IMG/VR virus record: IMGVR_UViG_3300032268_000986
Coordinates: 46,259-110,258 of that record
Direction: 5' to 3' (one strand)
DNA length: 64,000 nucleotides
DNA from: a virus
Part shown: positions 10,197-20,192 of the stretch, piece by piece
Numbering within the stretch: the stretch's first letter is position 1
Layout: each line of letters opens with the position of its first letter
Made by a program: the position numbers and the translations under genes
Notes under the pieces: generated by a model
What the model was told of the DNA's origin: nothing
What the model saw: the letters and a program-made list of their open reading frames with translations, nothing else
The model's database searches: none

Positions 10197-11397
10197 TAAA
10201 TTCTGCGTGTTGCCCTGGGTAAGCCTGGAAGCGTCACCCATTGGCACAGTACGTCCGTGCTGCCTGGCCGATGATGAGCTGGTGGACAACAGCGGCACCA
10301 AGTTCTCGTTGTTGACTGCGGATTTTGCGGACATACAAAACAGTGATTCCATGCGCAGTCTGCGTGAGCAGTTCCTGGCAGGTGAACAACCTCAAACCTG
10401 TCGCAAGTGCTGGAACGAAGAACGTGCCGGCCGCACATCAAAACGCATGCACACCCTAAATCGTCTCAAGCATGTGATTGGTGATGATCCCTGGACTGCA
10501 GATGCCCGACCCCTGATGTTCCTGGATCTCAAACTGGGCAACATCTGCAACTTGAAATGTCGTATCTGCGGCTCATGGTCATCAAGCCAATTTGCCACAG
10601 AAGAACTCAATGACATGCATCCCGATGATGACAAGAAAAAAACATATCCATATCAGATGCTGCGAGCCGGTGCATGGCCCCGAGAGAATCAGCAGTTTTG
10701 GCAACAGATTGATTCAGTACTGAATGACATTCGATATATTGAATTCACTGGCGGTGAGCCATTCATGATTCGCGAACACTTTGCCATGCTGCAAGGCATT
10801 GTGGACCGTGGCATTGCTCATCAAGTCGAAATTCATTACAACACCAATGGCACTCAGTATCCTGCAGAAGCCATTGAAATCTGGCGCCATTTTAAAACAG
10901 TGGAAATTGCATTCAGCATTGATGACCTGGGTGCCAGATTTGAATACCAACGCACCAATGCTGTGTGGTCAGAAGTGGAACAAAATATTCAACGTTTTCG
11001 ACTGTTGCGTCGACAGTTGCCCATGATTCAACTACAGTGTTGCAGCACAGTGAACATTTTCAACATACACTACATAGATCAACTGGCCGCCTGGATTGTG
11101 CGCCAAGAATTTGATTTTGTGTACTGGAACATCATGCACGACGCCTGGTATTTTTCCATTGGCTGTTTGCCAGCCCCGGCCAAACAAGCCCTGGAGCATC
11201 ATTTGCGCACAGCCGCTGTGCCTGCGGTGTACCGCGAAGAATTTGATCGCATAATTGATTTCATGCAACGTGGAGCCACAACCGATGGATTCATGACTCG
11301 AATGAAAATACGTGATCTAGACCGCAAGCGCAATCAAAACATGCTGGACACGCAGCCAGAAATGGCAGCACTGCTGGGCTACAACTTCAACCAATGA
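10180..11397 (+). CDS. radical SAM/SPASM-domain enzyme
   Basis: CNLKCRICG; N-terminal CVLPW....RPCC; TGGEPF. Confidence 0.7.
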   Translation: MNIPHNKFCVLPWVSLEASPIGTVRPCCLADDELVDNSGTKFSLLTADFADIQNSDSMRSLREQFLAGEQPQTCRKCWNEERAGRTSKRMHTLNRLKHVIGDDPWTADARPLMFLDLKLGNICNLKCRICGSWSSSQFATEELNDMHPDDDKKKTYPYQMLRAGAWPRENQQFWQQIDSVLNDIRYIEFTGGEPFMIREHFAMLQGIVDRGIAHQVEIHYNTNGTQYPAEAIEIWRHFKTVEIAFSIDDLGARFEYQRTNAVWSEVEQNIQRFRLLRRQLPMIQLQCCSTVNIFNIHYIDQLAAWIVRQEFDFVYWNIMHDAWYFSIGCLPAPAKQALEHHLRTAAVPAVYREEFDRIIDFMQRGATTDGFMTRMKIRDLDRKRNQNMLDTQPEMAALLGYNFNQ

Positions 11398-12383
11398 AAA
11401 CACTGTTGTACGATAATCATACCAGTTTAGCATTGGACTGCTGTGCAGACCTGACTCAGCAGTATTTCAAAGTAGAACAGTATGATGCTGGCCGTGTGTA
11501 TGATCCTGCTGATACCTTGGTAGTGATACCATTCTTTGGCGCAGGTGACTGGGCGTTTGACCTGCATGCTCAGGGATTTCGTGTGGCAGTAGATAATCTA
11601 TGGGAACCCACCAGTCGCTATCTTGCCAGTCCAGGGTATGGCAAACTGGATCCTGATCGCACATTTGAAATTCACAGCGACTTGTGGTTTTGGTATTATG
11701 AATCCTGGAGCCTTTCTTATGCTCGAGCTCGCAATCAACATCTAGAGTACACACCACGCCGAACCTATAAAAAACTGGCGCTCATGCCCATGCGTCTTGA
11801 AAGAATGCATCGTGACTGGCTGTTTGACGCCATGACACCCTGGCTTGATGACTTCTACTACAGCTACCAAGCCAGGGGTATCAGTCTGCCCTGGGACCTG
11901 CCCTACGAAGATCCCACTGCACAACGCTACTATGATCCGCGTTGGTATGACGACACTTGGTTCAGCATAGTGGCCGAAAGCTATGTGGATGAAATGAATA
12001 TCACAACATGGGGAACCAACCGCACGCCTTATCTAGGACCTTGGCCATTTATCACAGAAAAAACCTTTAAACCCATTGCGTTTCAACATCCATTTCAGGT
12101 TCTGGGTCATTCAGGCACCTTGGCTCGACTGCGTGAACTGGGGTTTGAAACATTTCCAGAAATGTTTGATGAATCATATGACCAGGCACCTACCGAACAA
12201 AAGAAATTGTCTATTTTGAAAAATAATGTCGCCAATTTTGATCGCGGTGCCGGTGGTTACAGTCAACTAACACTGGATAAATTAACACACAACCACCAAT
12301 TGTTTTTTGACTCTAAGAGAGTTGAGCAGGGTTTTTATCAAGACATTATTGAACCACTATTGGCCTATGCAGAATCGACCTGA
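11394..12383 (+). CDS. glycosyltransferase-like protein, TEK-motif family (paralog 2)
   Basis: FITEKTFKPIAFQHPF...GFETF...DESYD. Confidence 0.5.
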   Translation: MKTLLYDNHTSLALDCCADLTQQYFKVEQYDAGRVYDPADTLVVIPFFGAGDWAFDLHAQGFRVAVDNLWEPTSRYLASPGYGKLDPDRTFEIHSDLWFWYYESWSLSYARARNQHLEYTPRRTYKKLALMPMRLERMHRDWLFDAMTPWLDDFYYSYQARGISLPWDLPYEDPTAQRYYDPRWYDDTWFSIVAESYVDEMNITTWGTNRTPYLGPWPFITEKTFKPIAFQHPFQVLGHSGTLARLRELGFETFPEMFDESYDQAPTEQKKLSILKNNVANFDRGAGGYSQLTLDKLTHNHQLFFDSKRVEQGFYQDIIEPLLAYAEST

Positions 12384-13662
12384 CACCATGTGCATGGCAC
12401 CCTGGGTGCATACCTATCTTTCACCACAGACCGAACGGCGTTTGTGTTGTGCCAGCCGTGAGCCTGCACAGAATTTTCGTCAGTACATAGACACTGCTGC
12501 TGGCACCGGCCGGTATATTCCCATTACCTTGGATCAACACTGGAATTCCGACCACATGCAGAGTGTGCGTCGACGCATGATGGCCGGAGAAACTCTGCCT
12601 GAATGCGATGTATGCAACAGCAAATTGCTGAATACTTCAGTGTATCGAGACTATTTTTGGCATCTGTTCCAGCACAAATTACCCGAAGTGTATGACAGCA
12701 CTGATGCCCAGGGCCGTACCACCATGCAACCAGTGTCATGGGATTATCGCTTTAGTAATCTCTGCAATTTCAAATGTAGGACCTGTGGTGACATGCTAAG
12801 TAGTTCATGGGAAAGCGAGCAAAAGATCAACAACATGGTCAATTGGAGCGACCCAAAAAACAACTGGATGCTGCCCCAGGTTCGACAACAAATCTCACAG
12901 TTCCAAGACAGTCAAATTGAACAAGAATTCAGTGACGCAGTGGAACAACACCGAGTGGAAGAGATTTACTGGGTAGGCGGTGAACCACTCATGTACGAAC
13001 AGCACTGGCGGTACATGAAAAGAATCATTGAACTAGGAGACGGAAAAAATGTTTACGCTAGATATAACACAAACCTCAGTCGTGTTCATTATCGCAACAC
13101 TGATCTTTATAGGGATCTGTTGGTTAACCTACGTGACTGGCAAATCTGCGCCAGCCTCGACGGAACAGGAGAAATCGGAGAATACATCCGCACAGGTCTG
13201 GAATATTCCACCTTTTTAAACAACTTTGAACAGGGTTTGACTATACAAACAAATCCGCGTCAGATGCGCCTGGACTTTACACTCACATTGCCGGGCATGT
13301 TTGAAGTTGACCGCATGCAACAGCTGGCTCAGCAGTATGGGGTGGAACTCTTGGCCAAGGTGATATTCTCGTTTACCCCGGACATTGTGATGAGTCCCTT
13401 GGCCCTGCCACGTGAATTACTGGATGCCTGGGTAGACGAGCTGGTGCCCAACTGCACCAGCAATGCCATGCGTGATGTGCTGACACAGTTGAAAACCCGT
13501 CCCACGTTTGAACAACAGTGGCCAGACACGTATCGTGTGGCTCTTGCTCGTGGCCGCGATCGTGTGTTAAAATTAGAATCTATTCGTCCCGGCACTACAA
13601 CCATGGAATCCATACTTGATGCCAGGCCAGAAATACGGAAATGGTGGAATGAAATTGCTTGA
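12367..13662 (+). CDS. radical SAM/SPASM-domain enzyme
   Basis: CNFKCRTCG; N-terminal CMAPW....RLCC; VGGEPL; ORF open from 12307, ATG 12367 chosen to limit overlap. Confidence 0.65.
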   Translation: MQNRPDTMCMAPWVHTYLSPQTERRLCCASREPAQNFRQYIDTAAGTGRYIPITLDQHWNSDHMQSVRRRMMAGETLPECDVCNSKLLNTSVYRDYFWHLFQHKLPEVYDSTDAQGRTTMQPVSWDYRFSNLCNFKCRTCGDMLSSSWESEQKINNMVNWSDPKNNWMLPQVRQQISQFQDSQIEQEFSDAVEQHRVEEIYWVGGEPLMYEQHWRYMKRIIELGDGKNVYARYNTNLSRVHYRNTDLYRDLLVNLRDWQICASLDGTGEIGEYIRTGLEYSTFLNNFEQGLTIQTNPRQMRLDFTLTLPGMFEVDRMQQLAQQYGVELLAKVIFSFTPDIVMSPLALPRELLDAWVDELVPNCTSNAMRDVLTQLKTRPTFEQQWPDTYRVALARGRDRVLKLESIRPGTTTMESILDARPEIRKWWNEIA

Positions 13663-14698
13663 TGAATTCACAATTGAACTACGCAGTCGGCAAGACAACA
13701 GTCAGTTAACCCTCTATGTCAATGTAGATGACAACAGCTTGAGCCGTAAATGGCTCACGGCCTTGAATCACCTGGTGAGCAACAACTACCATTTGGAAAA
13801 GAACTATTGTTTTTTTGGATTCCCCGACAGTGATCGCAACAAAGAATACCTGTGTGAACAGATCAATGCATCAATTGCAGCCATCAATGCCTCGGCACTC
13901 ACATACAAAATAAATGATCATTTCACTGTGGACAACACAGTGCAGCCGGACACAGGCAAATTGATTCATGACCGATTGAATCAATTGCACTGTTATTTTG
14001 AAGATCTGCAGGGAGTGTCGGGCCGCATGAGTCCCCACTATCAGTCAGCTGATGATGTCACACGCTGGCACATTCGACAATTAAATTTGCTGTGTCACGA
14101 ATATGAAAGTCTGATCTTGAGCCAACGCAAGAGTTGGCAAGCGCCAGAATGGATCAGACCCAGCCAGCTGATGTGCTGGCTCAATGCGCCGAGATTTGAA
14201 CTGGACTCTGCAGACTACGAACTGTTTGGAGTGGACACCATATCTCGGGGCACTGGACAGGTGTTTGTGGGTGTGAACAAAGCAGTGGGCAAGCATCACT
14301 GGGAAGTGTTCAATGATGAAGGCAGAGACAGCCGCATAGATGAACTCACCACGTCCACACTGAAAACTCAAACCGAAGCCGCTGGCGATTTTGACATTGA
14401 GTGGGGTCAAGACCCTGCTCCCTATGAATTTCAGCAGACAAAACTGGCAGACTTTAGAACATGGCTGCGAGCCAATGGATTTGACCCTGAGGATCCCACA
14501 CTCACAATTGGCCATCCCAGAGTGGCACAAGTGGATCTCCAGCGCAGTTTTGGTACCTTGGAATATCGCAAGATCTGGGATCAGTTGGAGCATCACATGG
14601 ATGTGTATAAAATACGTACCAGTGACGCTCGAGCTACATATGAGTATCGCTGGAGCGATGCTGATTATGCTGCAAGGCAAATAAAGGAATTGAAATGA
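13649..14698 (+). CDS. hypothetical protein
   Basis: long ORF (open from 13616), no recognisable motif. Confidence 0.45.
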   Translation: MKLLDEFTIELRSRQDNSQLTLYVNVDDNSLSRKWLTALNHLVSNNYHLEKNYCFFGFPDSDRNKEYLCEQINASIAAINASALTYKINDHFTVDNTVQPDTGKLIHDRLNQLHCYFEDLQGVSGRMSPHYQSADDVTRWHIRQLNLLCHEYESLILSQRKSWQAPEWIRPSQLMCWLNAPRFELDSADYELFGVDTISRGTGQVFVGVNKAVGKHHWEVFNDEGRDSRIDELTTSTLKTQTEAAGDFDIEWGQDPAPYEFQQTKLADFRTWLRANGFDPEDPTLTIGHPRVAQVDLQRSFGTLEYRKIWDQLEHHMDVYKIRTSDARATYEYRWSDADYAARQIKELK

Positions 14699-14792
14699 AT
14701 TGGATCAAACGAATCTACAACAGAATTGTCATGGAAATACGCTATCGTAAAAAGCTAAAAGAGCTGCGCAAACGAGATCCCTTTATCTACAA

Positions 14793-16268
14793 ATGAATAT
14801 ACTGGGAATTAGTGCAGGCTTTCATGATGCAGCCGCTACTGTGATTTCACCCGACGGTGAGATTTTGTTTGCCGGCCATTCAGAGCGTTACAGCAAAAAG
14901 AAAAACGACTCAGATATTTCCGTGGCGTTGCTGAACGAAATAGACATGAGTCAAATTGACACCATTGCATACTATGAACGTCCCTGGGTCAAACAACTGC
15001 GTCAATTGTACGCAGGTCAGGGCATTGAGTGGCACAAACTCACCACACGGCAAATACTACAAGCACAGCTGGGCCGCCGCAGAGTTTCTGGACGCACATT
15101 AAAGAACTACAATCACCATCAGTGTCATGCTGCTGCGGGATTTCAGACCAGCCCCCATCAACGGGCCACAGTGGTGGTGATTGATGCCATTGGCGAATTA
15201 GATACCATAAGCATCTGGGGCGCACAATATGTCAACGGCCGTGCTGTGTATAAACAACTGTGGCGACAGCGATATCCACACTCAATTGGCTTGTTTTATT
15301 CGGCAGCCACGGCCAGTGTTGGCCTGCGACCCTTGGACGAAGAATACATCTTGATGGGCATGGCCGCATACGGTGACGCCGCACAAGCCATCGGCATGCA
15401 TGCTCTGGTAAAAGACACTGACAAAATTGAATTTAGTGAAAACCTACATGCTGGAATAGACCCCAAGTACCTGCAGGATCTAGAGGAATTTGACATTGCT
15501 GCCGGAGCACAGTCCATGGCAGAGTGTCTGATCTATTCAGTTGTGCGCAGAGCAAAGGACTTTGGTTGGAGCGACAACTTGGTGTACATGGGCGGTGTTG
15601 CTCTCAACTGCTCGGCCAATCGCAATTTGGGGAAATACTTTGATAACATTTGGATTATGCCTTGTCCCGGCGATGCTGGTAGTAGCCTGGGTGCGGCAGC
15701 ACTTGCACATGGCCAACAGATACATTGGACCAATGCCTATCTGGGCACAGATATCCCTGGTGCTTATCCTGTCAACGACATTGTGGACGGTCTGCTACAT
15801 GATCAAATTGTGGGTGTGGCCTCGGGTCGTGCCGAGTTTGGACCCAGGGCTCTGGGCAACAGAAGTTTGCTCGCAGACCCCAGAGGCAGCGAGATCAAGG
15901 GGAAAGTAAATGCAATCAAACGCAGACAACAATTTAGACCATTTGCGCCGGTTATTCTGGAAGAGCTGGCTGATCAGTACTTTGATATGCCTAGGGGTTT
16001 CGGTCACAGTAGGTATATGCAGTCAGTCGCTCGTTGCCGGCATCCTGACCTATTTCCTGCTGTCATTCATCATGACGGTACTAGTCGTGTACAAACTGTA
16101 CCCCAGGATGGATCGGGAATTAGACAACTTTTGGAAAAGTGGTATGCCTTGACCGGTTGTCCCATGTTGCTCAACACCAGTTTGAACATACGTGGCGAGC
16201 CCATGGTCAATGACCGATCAGACGCTGACAGATTTGAAATGCTGTACGGTGTGCGAGTTTGCAGTTGA
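14793..16268 (+). CDS. carbamoyltransferase (NodU/CmcH/TobZ family)
   Basis: N-terminus MNILGISAGFHDAAATV typical of carbamoyltransferase Kae1-like domain; 491 aa. Confidence 0.8.
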   Translation: MNILGISAGFHDAAATVISPDGEILFAGHSERYSKKKNDSDISVALLNEIDMSQIDTIAYYERPWVKQLRQLYAGQGIEWHKLTTRQILQAQLGRRRVSGRTLKNYNHHQCHAAAGFQTSPHQRATVVVIDAIGELDTISIWGAQYVNGRAVYKQLWRQRYPHSIGLFYSAATASVGLRPLDEEYILMGMAAYGDAAQAIGMHALVKDTDKIEFSENLHAGIDPKYLQDLEEFDIAAGAQSMAECLIYSVVRRAKDFGWSDNLVYMGGVALNCSANRNLGKYFDNIWIMPCPGDAGSSLGAAALAHGQQIHWTNAYLGTDIPGAYPVNDIVDGLLHDQIVGVASGRAEFGPRALGNRSLLADPRGSEIKGKVNAIKRRQQFRPFAPVILEELADQYFDMPRGFGHSRYMQSVARCRHPDLFPAVIHHDGTSRVQTVPQDGSGIRQLLEKWYALTGCPMLLNTSLNIRGEPMVNDRSDADRFEMLYGVRVCS

Positions 16269-16272
16269 AATG

Positions 16273-16884
16273 TCAAGAATATACATCACTGGCGACAGTT
16301 TTTGTGCCTATCGTACAGATCCAGATCAACATTGGCCGGCTAGACTAGCAAAAAATCTTGGACTAACATTAGAGGGTCGCGGCTATCCTGGTCAAGGTTG
16401 GTGGCCTTCCTGTCAGGATTTCAATTGGTACATAGGGTCAAGGAAATTTTCAGAAACATCAGTGTTTGTATTTTGCCATACAGACTTAAATCGCCCAATA
16501 ACCAATAATGAGTATTGCAAATTGGGTCTGACAAAAGAACAGCAAGAGTTTTATTTTAGATATCTCCATGACCCTGCTGTTAACCAATGGTCCGCTAACA
16601 AATGGTATCGAGAGATTGCTACATCATTGATCAACAAAACTGTGTTGCATTTGCATTTTGGTAGCAGTAATCAGAGATTGAGATCTCAACTGCCTGGCAA
16701 GCATCTAACACCAGAACTTGTGACCATGACATCATGGTTCAGCAACGGCAACACAGGACTGTTGCAGATGCATGAAGGGTACCCAAACCATTTTACTCCC
16801 AAAGTCAATGCCAAATTGGCTGACCTTATAGCTGCCAAATGGCAGCACAATGTCATTGACATTGCCAAGAGTGAGTTAGAATAA
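16273..16884 (+). CDS. SGNH/GDSL-like hydrolase
   Basis: MSRIYITGDSFCAY block I at proposed start (ORF open from 16192). Confidence 0.45.
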   Translation, partial: SRIYITGDSFCAYRTDPDQHWPARLAKNLGLTLEGRGYPGQGWWPSCQDFNWYIGSRKFSETSVFVFCHTDLNRPITNNEYCKLGLTKEQQEFYFRYLHDPAVNQWSANKWYREIATSLINKTVLHLHFGSSNQRLRSQLPGKHLTPELVTMTSWFSNGNTGLLQMHEGYPNHFTPKVNAKLADLIAAKWQHNVIDIAKSELE

Positions 16885-16917
16885 TAAATATCTTTATTGC
16901 AAGGAATAAAGGTATGT

Positions 16918-17961
16918 TCAGAGGTAACTTTCTAGCCCACCGCGTCGACGAATGTCTTGTGTGCAGCATGAGATGCCACCGTCCCAGAAATAGCTGTGAC
17001 GCAGTTCTGAGATGATGGGTTCAATGCCGTGTCTGCGACAGTAGTCAAACACCTGTTTGTTGTAGGCTGAGAAAATCACATGTGATTCGTCCAGCACAAG
17101 ACAATTGACATCAAACACAGTTTCAGCCACAAAGCCAGTCCAGTTCTTGAGATAGGTGTTCACAAAGTCAGTGAACTCAGGTGTGGGTGTTTGTCCTTGC
17201 ACGTACCATGCCCCAGGATTGTTTTCATACTTGAACTTGCCCACTTCCATAGCAGCCCAGATTGAACTGTCCCATACCTTGCACACATCCCAGCCCGGGA
17301 AGTCGGCAGCAAGGTCCAGATTTACATCATGCTTGCTGCTCAACAACACACCGGGTTTTAGGATAGCAAACACAGCATCGCCGTGTCCGTCTGTGATGGC
17401 TTCGTGTATGCGATATTCAGCACCCAGCACATTGTCCACGATCCAACGTGTTTGATCCGGGCGCAAAAAATCTGAGTTGTCAAAGAACACATCACGACCC
17501 ACTCGCACAATGCATGATGCCGACGCACCATTTAGGATGCAGTTCTCATCCCAGCCTGTGGCACCGTGTGGATTGATCACACTGCCCGGCTGTGCTGCTG
17601 CATACTCGGCACAGAGTGAATCAAGTTCCTGCATGGGCAACACACGCAACAATTTATCGCCCAGTGTGATCTGCCAGTCTCTTGGTGTGAGTGGCGGCAG
17701 TGGAGCACCACTGCCGTTTATTTGTCCTTGAATGAATTGATCACGATCGGGAAGATCTGGGCGGCGCACCCGAGCACCTGACTGCTCAATGGTGCGTTGC
17801 AGGTTGTCCAAGTCTTCGGCAGTTTCGTAAAGAATCTGTTGCAGTTGATTGCGAACTTGTGGGTTTTCAATAAAGTCAAAATAGTCCGGCGTGTAGGCCT
17901 GCCCCACAATGACTTCTTCCAGGGGTTGCCACGATGTGTAGCTGTTAACAATGTTGCTCAT
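16918..17961 (-). CDS. amidinotransferase-superfamily enzyme
   Basis: C-terminal GGISCCTQDIRRRG matches amidinotransferase active-site GGxHCxTxDxxRxG pattern. Confidence 0.55.
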   Translation of the reverse strand: MSNIVNSYTSWQPLEEVIVGQAYTPDYFDFIENPQVRNQLQQILYETAEDLDNLQRTIEQSGARVRRPDLPDRDQFIQGQINGSGAPLPPLTPRDWQITLGDKLLRVLPMQELDSLCAEYAAAQPGSVINPHGATGWDENCILNGASASCIVRVGRDVFFDNSDFLRPDQTRWIVDNVLGAEYRIHEAITDGHGDAVFAILKPGVLLSSKHDVNLDLAADFPGWDVCKVWDSSIWAAMEVGKFKYENNPGAWYVQGQTPTPEFTDFVNTYLKNWTGFVAETVFDVNCLVLDESHVIFSAYNKQVFDYCRRHGIEPIISELRHSYFWDGGISCCTQDIRRRGGLESYL

Positions 17962-19120
17962 GCAGTCTCCTAATCAAGGTATTTAAACGCTCGCGCTTGC
18001 TGGCCATGAATAATTCCTGGTTGTGTGCAATGTCGCTTTGGGCTTGTATATTCAGTTCATGTAGGCAGGGCTGGGCTGCGTTGACCGCCTCAACCAGTCG
18101 TTGCCATCGCAGTGTGTGCGATGTTTCTAGATCATAACTGTTGTCTAGGATACCATCAAACACACGATACCCCAGATCACGTAGCACTTGCAAGCTGCCG
18201 GCGGCCCCGGCTATGAAAAACATCTGACCATGCTTGATGGGCTTGAATGTTTTTTCCGTGATATATGATCCGCCACTTTGATCCACATCAAACTGGCTTT
18301 CCAGCACAATGTTGCAGTAGGAGTTAAGGTGGTATTTGGGCTCCAGTTGGCTGTGATCATTGCGCTGGTCTTGGCTTAGTTCATCAATAATATAGGGCAT
18401 GCCGGCCATGAAACGTTCGCGATTCCAGCGCAAGCGTGGAATCATGTCTACTTCAATGGGGGAATCTTCTTCACCTGACGCAGGCTCGCAGTAACTCCAA
18501 TAGGCATTGTCTAACAGTCCTTGAGTGTGTAAATCTGCCATGGCCGTGGCACGCCACCACCGGTGCAGTCTAACTAAAGCAGTGAACTCACGTTCACGAA
18601 TGTTAGTATGCGGGCGCAGTGGCAATGCAGATTGATTGCGTTGATAATACCATAACTCAATTTCATGAAAAGTCACAAAGCCTGGCAACTGATCTGCGGC
18701 AGAATTGGCACTGACAAACACATACCATGAACTATCTCTCAAGGAATCTAAGCGGCGTTTGATGCGCTGTGGATTGTCGCCTTCGTGGTACATGAACAAC
18801 ACCTTTAGTTGCCCATGTTCAACAGCTGACTTCACAGCCGGGGGCAGCAGTTCAAAGTAATTGATATCAAAATCAAAAAATCCCAGGCAAATGGGATAGT
18901 AACTGTTGTCAGGATAATCAGTATCTATGGCATAGTTGTTGATCACAACACCATGCTCGCGGCAGTACTCTTCTATGCGCAGGGGAGTGGTATAGGGCCA
19001 ATGCTGGCCAAACTCACGCCAGCTCTGAGTATATGGTCGGCCTTGATGAATGGCCAAGGCCGGGTATATGCGGCCTTTGATGGTGCTGTCAACTACAAAA
19101 TTAAACTCTAAATTCATCAA
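17945..19120 (-). CDS. glycosyltransferase-like protein, TEK-motif family (paralog 3)
   Basis: SYITEKTFKPIKHGQMFFIAGAAGSLQVLRDLGYRVFDGILDNSYD. Confidence 0.5.
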   Translation of the reverse strand: MMNLEFNFVVDSTIKGRIYPALAIHQGRPYTQSWREFGQHWPYTTPLRIEEYCREHGVVINNYAIDTDYPDNSYYPICLGFFDFDINYFELLPPAVKSAVEHGQLKVLFMYHEGDNPQRIKRRLDSLRDSSWYVFVSANSAADQLPGFVTFHEIELWYYQRNQSALPLRPHTNIREREFTALVRLHRWWRATAMADLHTQGLLDNAYWSYCEPASGEEDSPIEVDMIPRLRWNRERFMAGMPYIIDELSQDQRNDHSQLEPKYHLNSYCNIVLESQFDVDQSGGSYITEKTFKPIKHGQMFFIAGAAGSLQVLRDLGYRVFDGILDNSYDLETSHTLRWQRLVEAVNAAQPCLHELNIQAQSDIAHNQELFMASKRERLNTLIRRLHEQHC

Positions 19121-20192
19121 GCATGCCCAGGAGCTCTTGCCATAGTATCTTGGTCAGGCCACCGTTGTAGAAGTGATTGAAATTGTGTTCCACAATTTCA
19201 ACGCAGGCCTGGTGTATGCGTTGACGTTCTTCAACGCCTAGATTTTCTAGATGTTTCAACAACTGAGTGACCTTTTCCACTCGCAGTATGTCATCGGTTT
19301 CCAAGTCATAGCTCTCATCAAACACCGAGTCAAATGTGCGGAACCCATATTCTCGCATGTAGGCCAGGCTGCCAGCAGGAGCCACCAACACAAACGGCAT
19401 TTCCATGGCAATGGCCTTGAAGGTCTTTTCTGTGATGTGTGTGCGGCGTCCAAAGTACACAGTTTCAGTGGGCACGTATAGCAGGCTGTCGGCTGCTTCG
19501 TCGAAGTTTGTGAGCCAGCACGATGCCATTTGCTGAGTTTCTTCGCCGGGAAACAATTTAGGCAATGGCGCTGCCTCAAACACTTGCTCAATGTCGGGAT
19601 ATATGTTATTATACTTACGAGCTATCTCACTGATGTCGACACCTTCATAGGTGCAGGTCCTAGGAGCTGATATCCAGTTGTGATCCAGCCCATGTTTGAA
19701 TACATTATACAAGAACAACACACGATGATCACGCTTGCCGGCCACAATACGATTGGGACTCATAAAAGTCCGTGTGGGCTGCCGATCCCGTGCTCGAGGA
19801 ATCAAGAAACTCTTGTCGTAGCCTCGAAACCAATCCTGACAGGCCCAACCATGATAAAAATAGTAATGTGGTGTCCAACCGTACACCCGACACATTTCTT
19901 CCACATGCTCGCCCTTTTCGCTAACTACTACATGACCTGGCGGTTGAACCCAAATATCATCGTTGCGGCGAATCACATCTTGAAACAACGGTTTGTGCAA
20001 GTCCATGTGAACAGGTTCTTGGTCATGCATGAATATATAATCAATTTCACGCACGTCGTCTCCGCCGTAGTTGAACAAACTTTCAGGATCACTACGTCCC
20101 GGGGGATCGCAAAAAAATACTCTAGTGCCCGGAACATGTCGTTGGATCCAGGGCCAAAATGTGTTGTTGTAAATTTCGTCAATTCTAATCAT
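19101..20192 (-). CDS. glycosyltransferase-like protein, TEK-motif family (paralog 4)
   Basis: THITEKTFKAIAMEMPFVLVAPAGSLAYMREYGFRTFDSVFDESYD. Confidence 0.5.
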   Translation of the reverse strand: MIRIDEIYNNTFWPWIQRHVPGTRVFFCDPPGRSDPESLFNYGGDDVREIDYIFMHDQEPVHMDLHKPLFQDVIRRNDDIWVQPPGHVVVSEKGEHVEEMCRVYGWTPHYYFYHGWACQDWFRGYDKSFLIPRARDRQPTRTFMSPNRIVAGKRDHRVLFLYNVFKHGLDHNWISAPRTCTYEGVDISEIARKYNNIYPDIEQVFEAAPLPKLFPGEETQQMASCWLTNFDEAADSLLYVPTETVYFGRRTHITEKTFKAIAMEMPFVLVAPAGSLAYMREYGFRTFDSVFDESYDLETDDILRVEKVTQLLKHLENLGVEERQRIHQACVEIVEHNFNHFYNGGLTKILWQELLGMLDEFRV

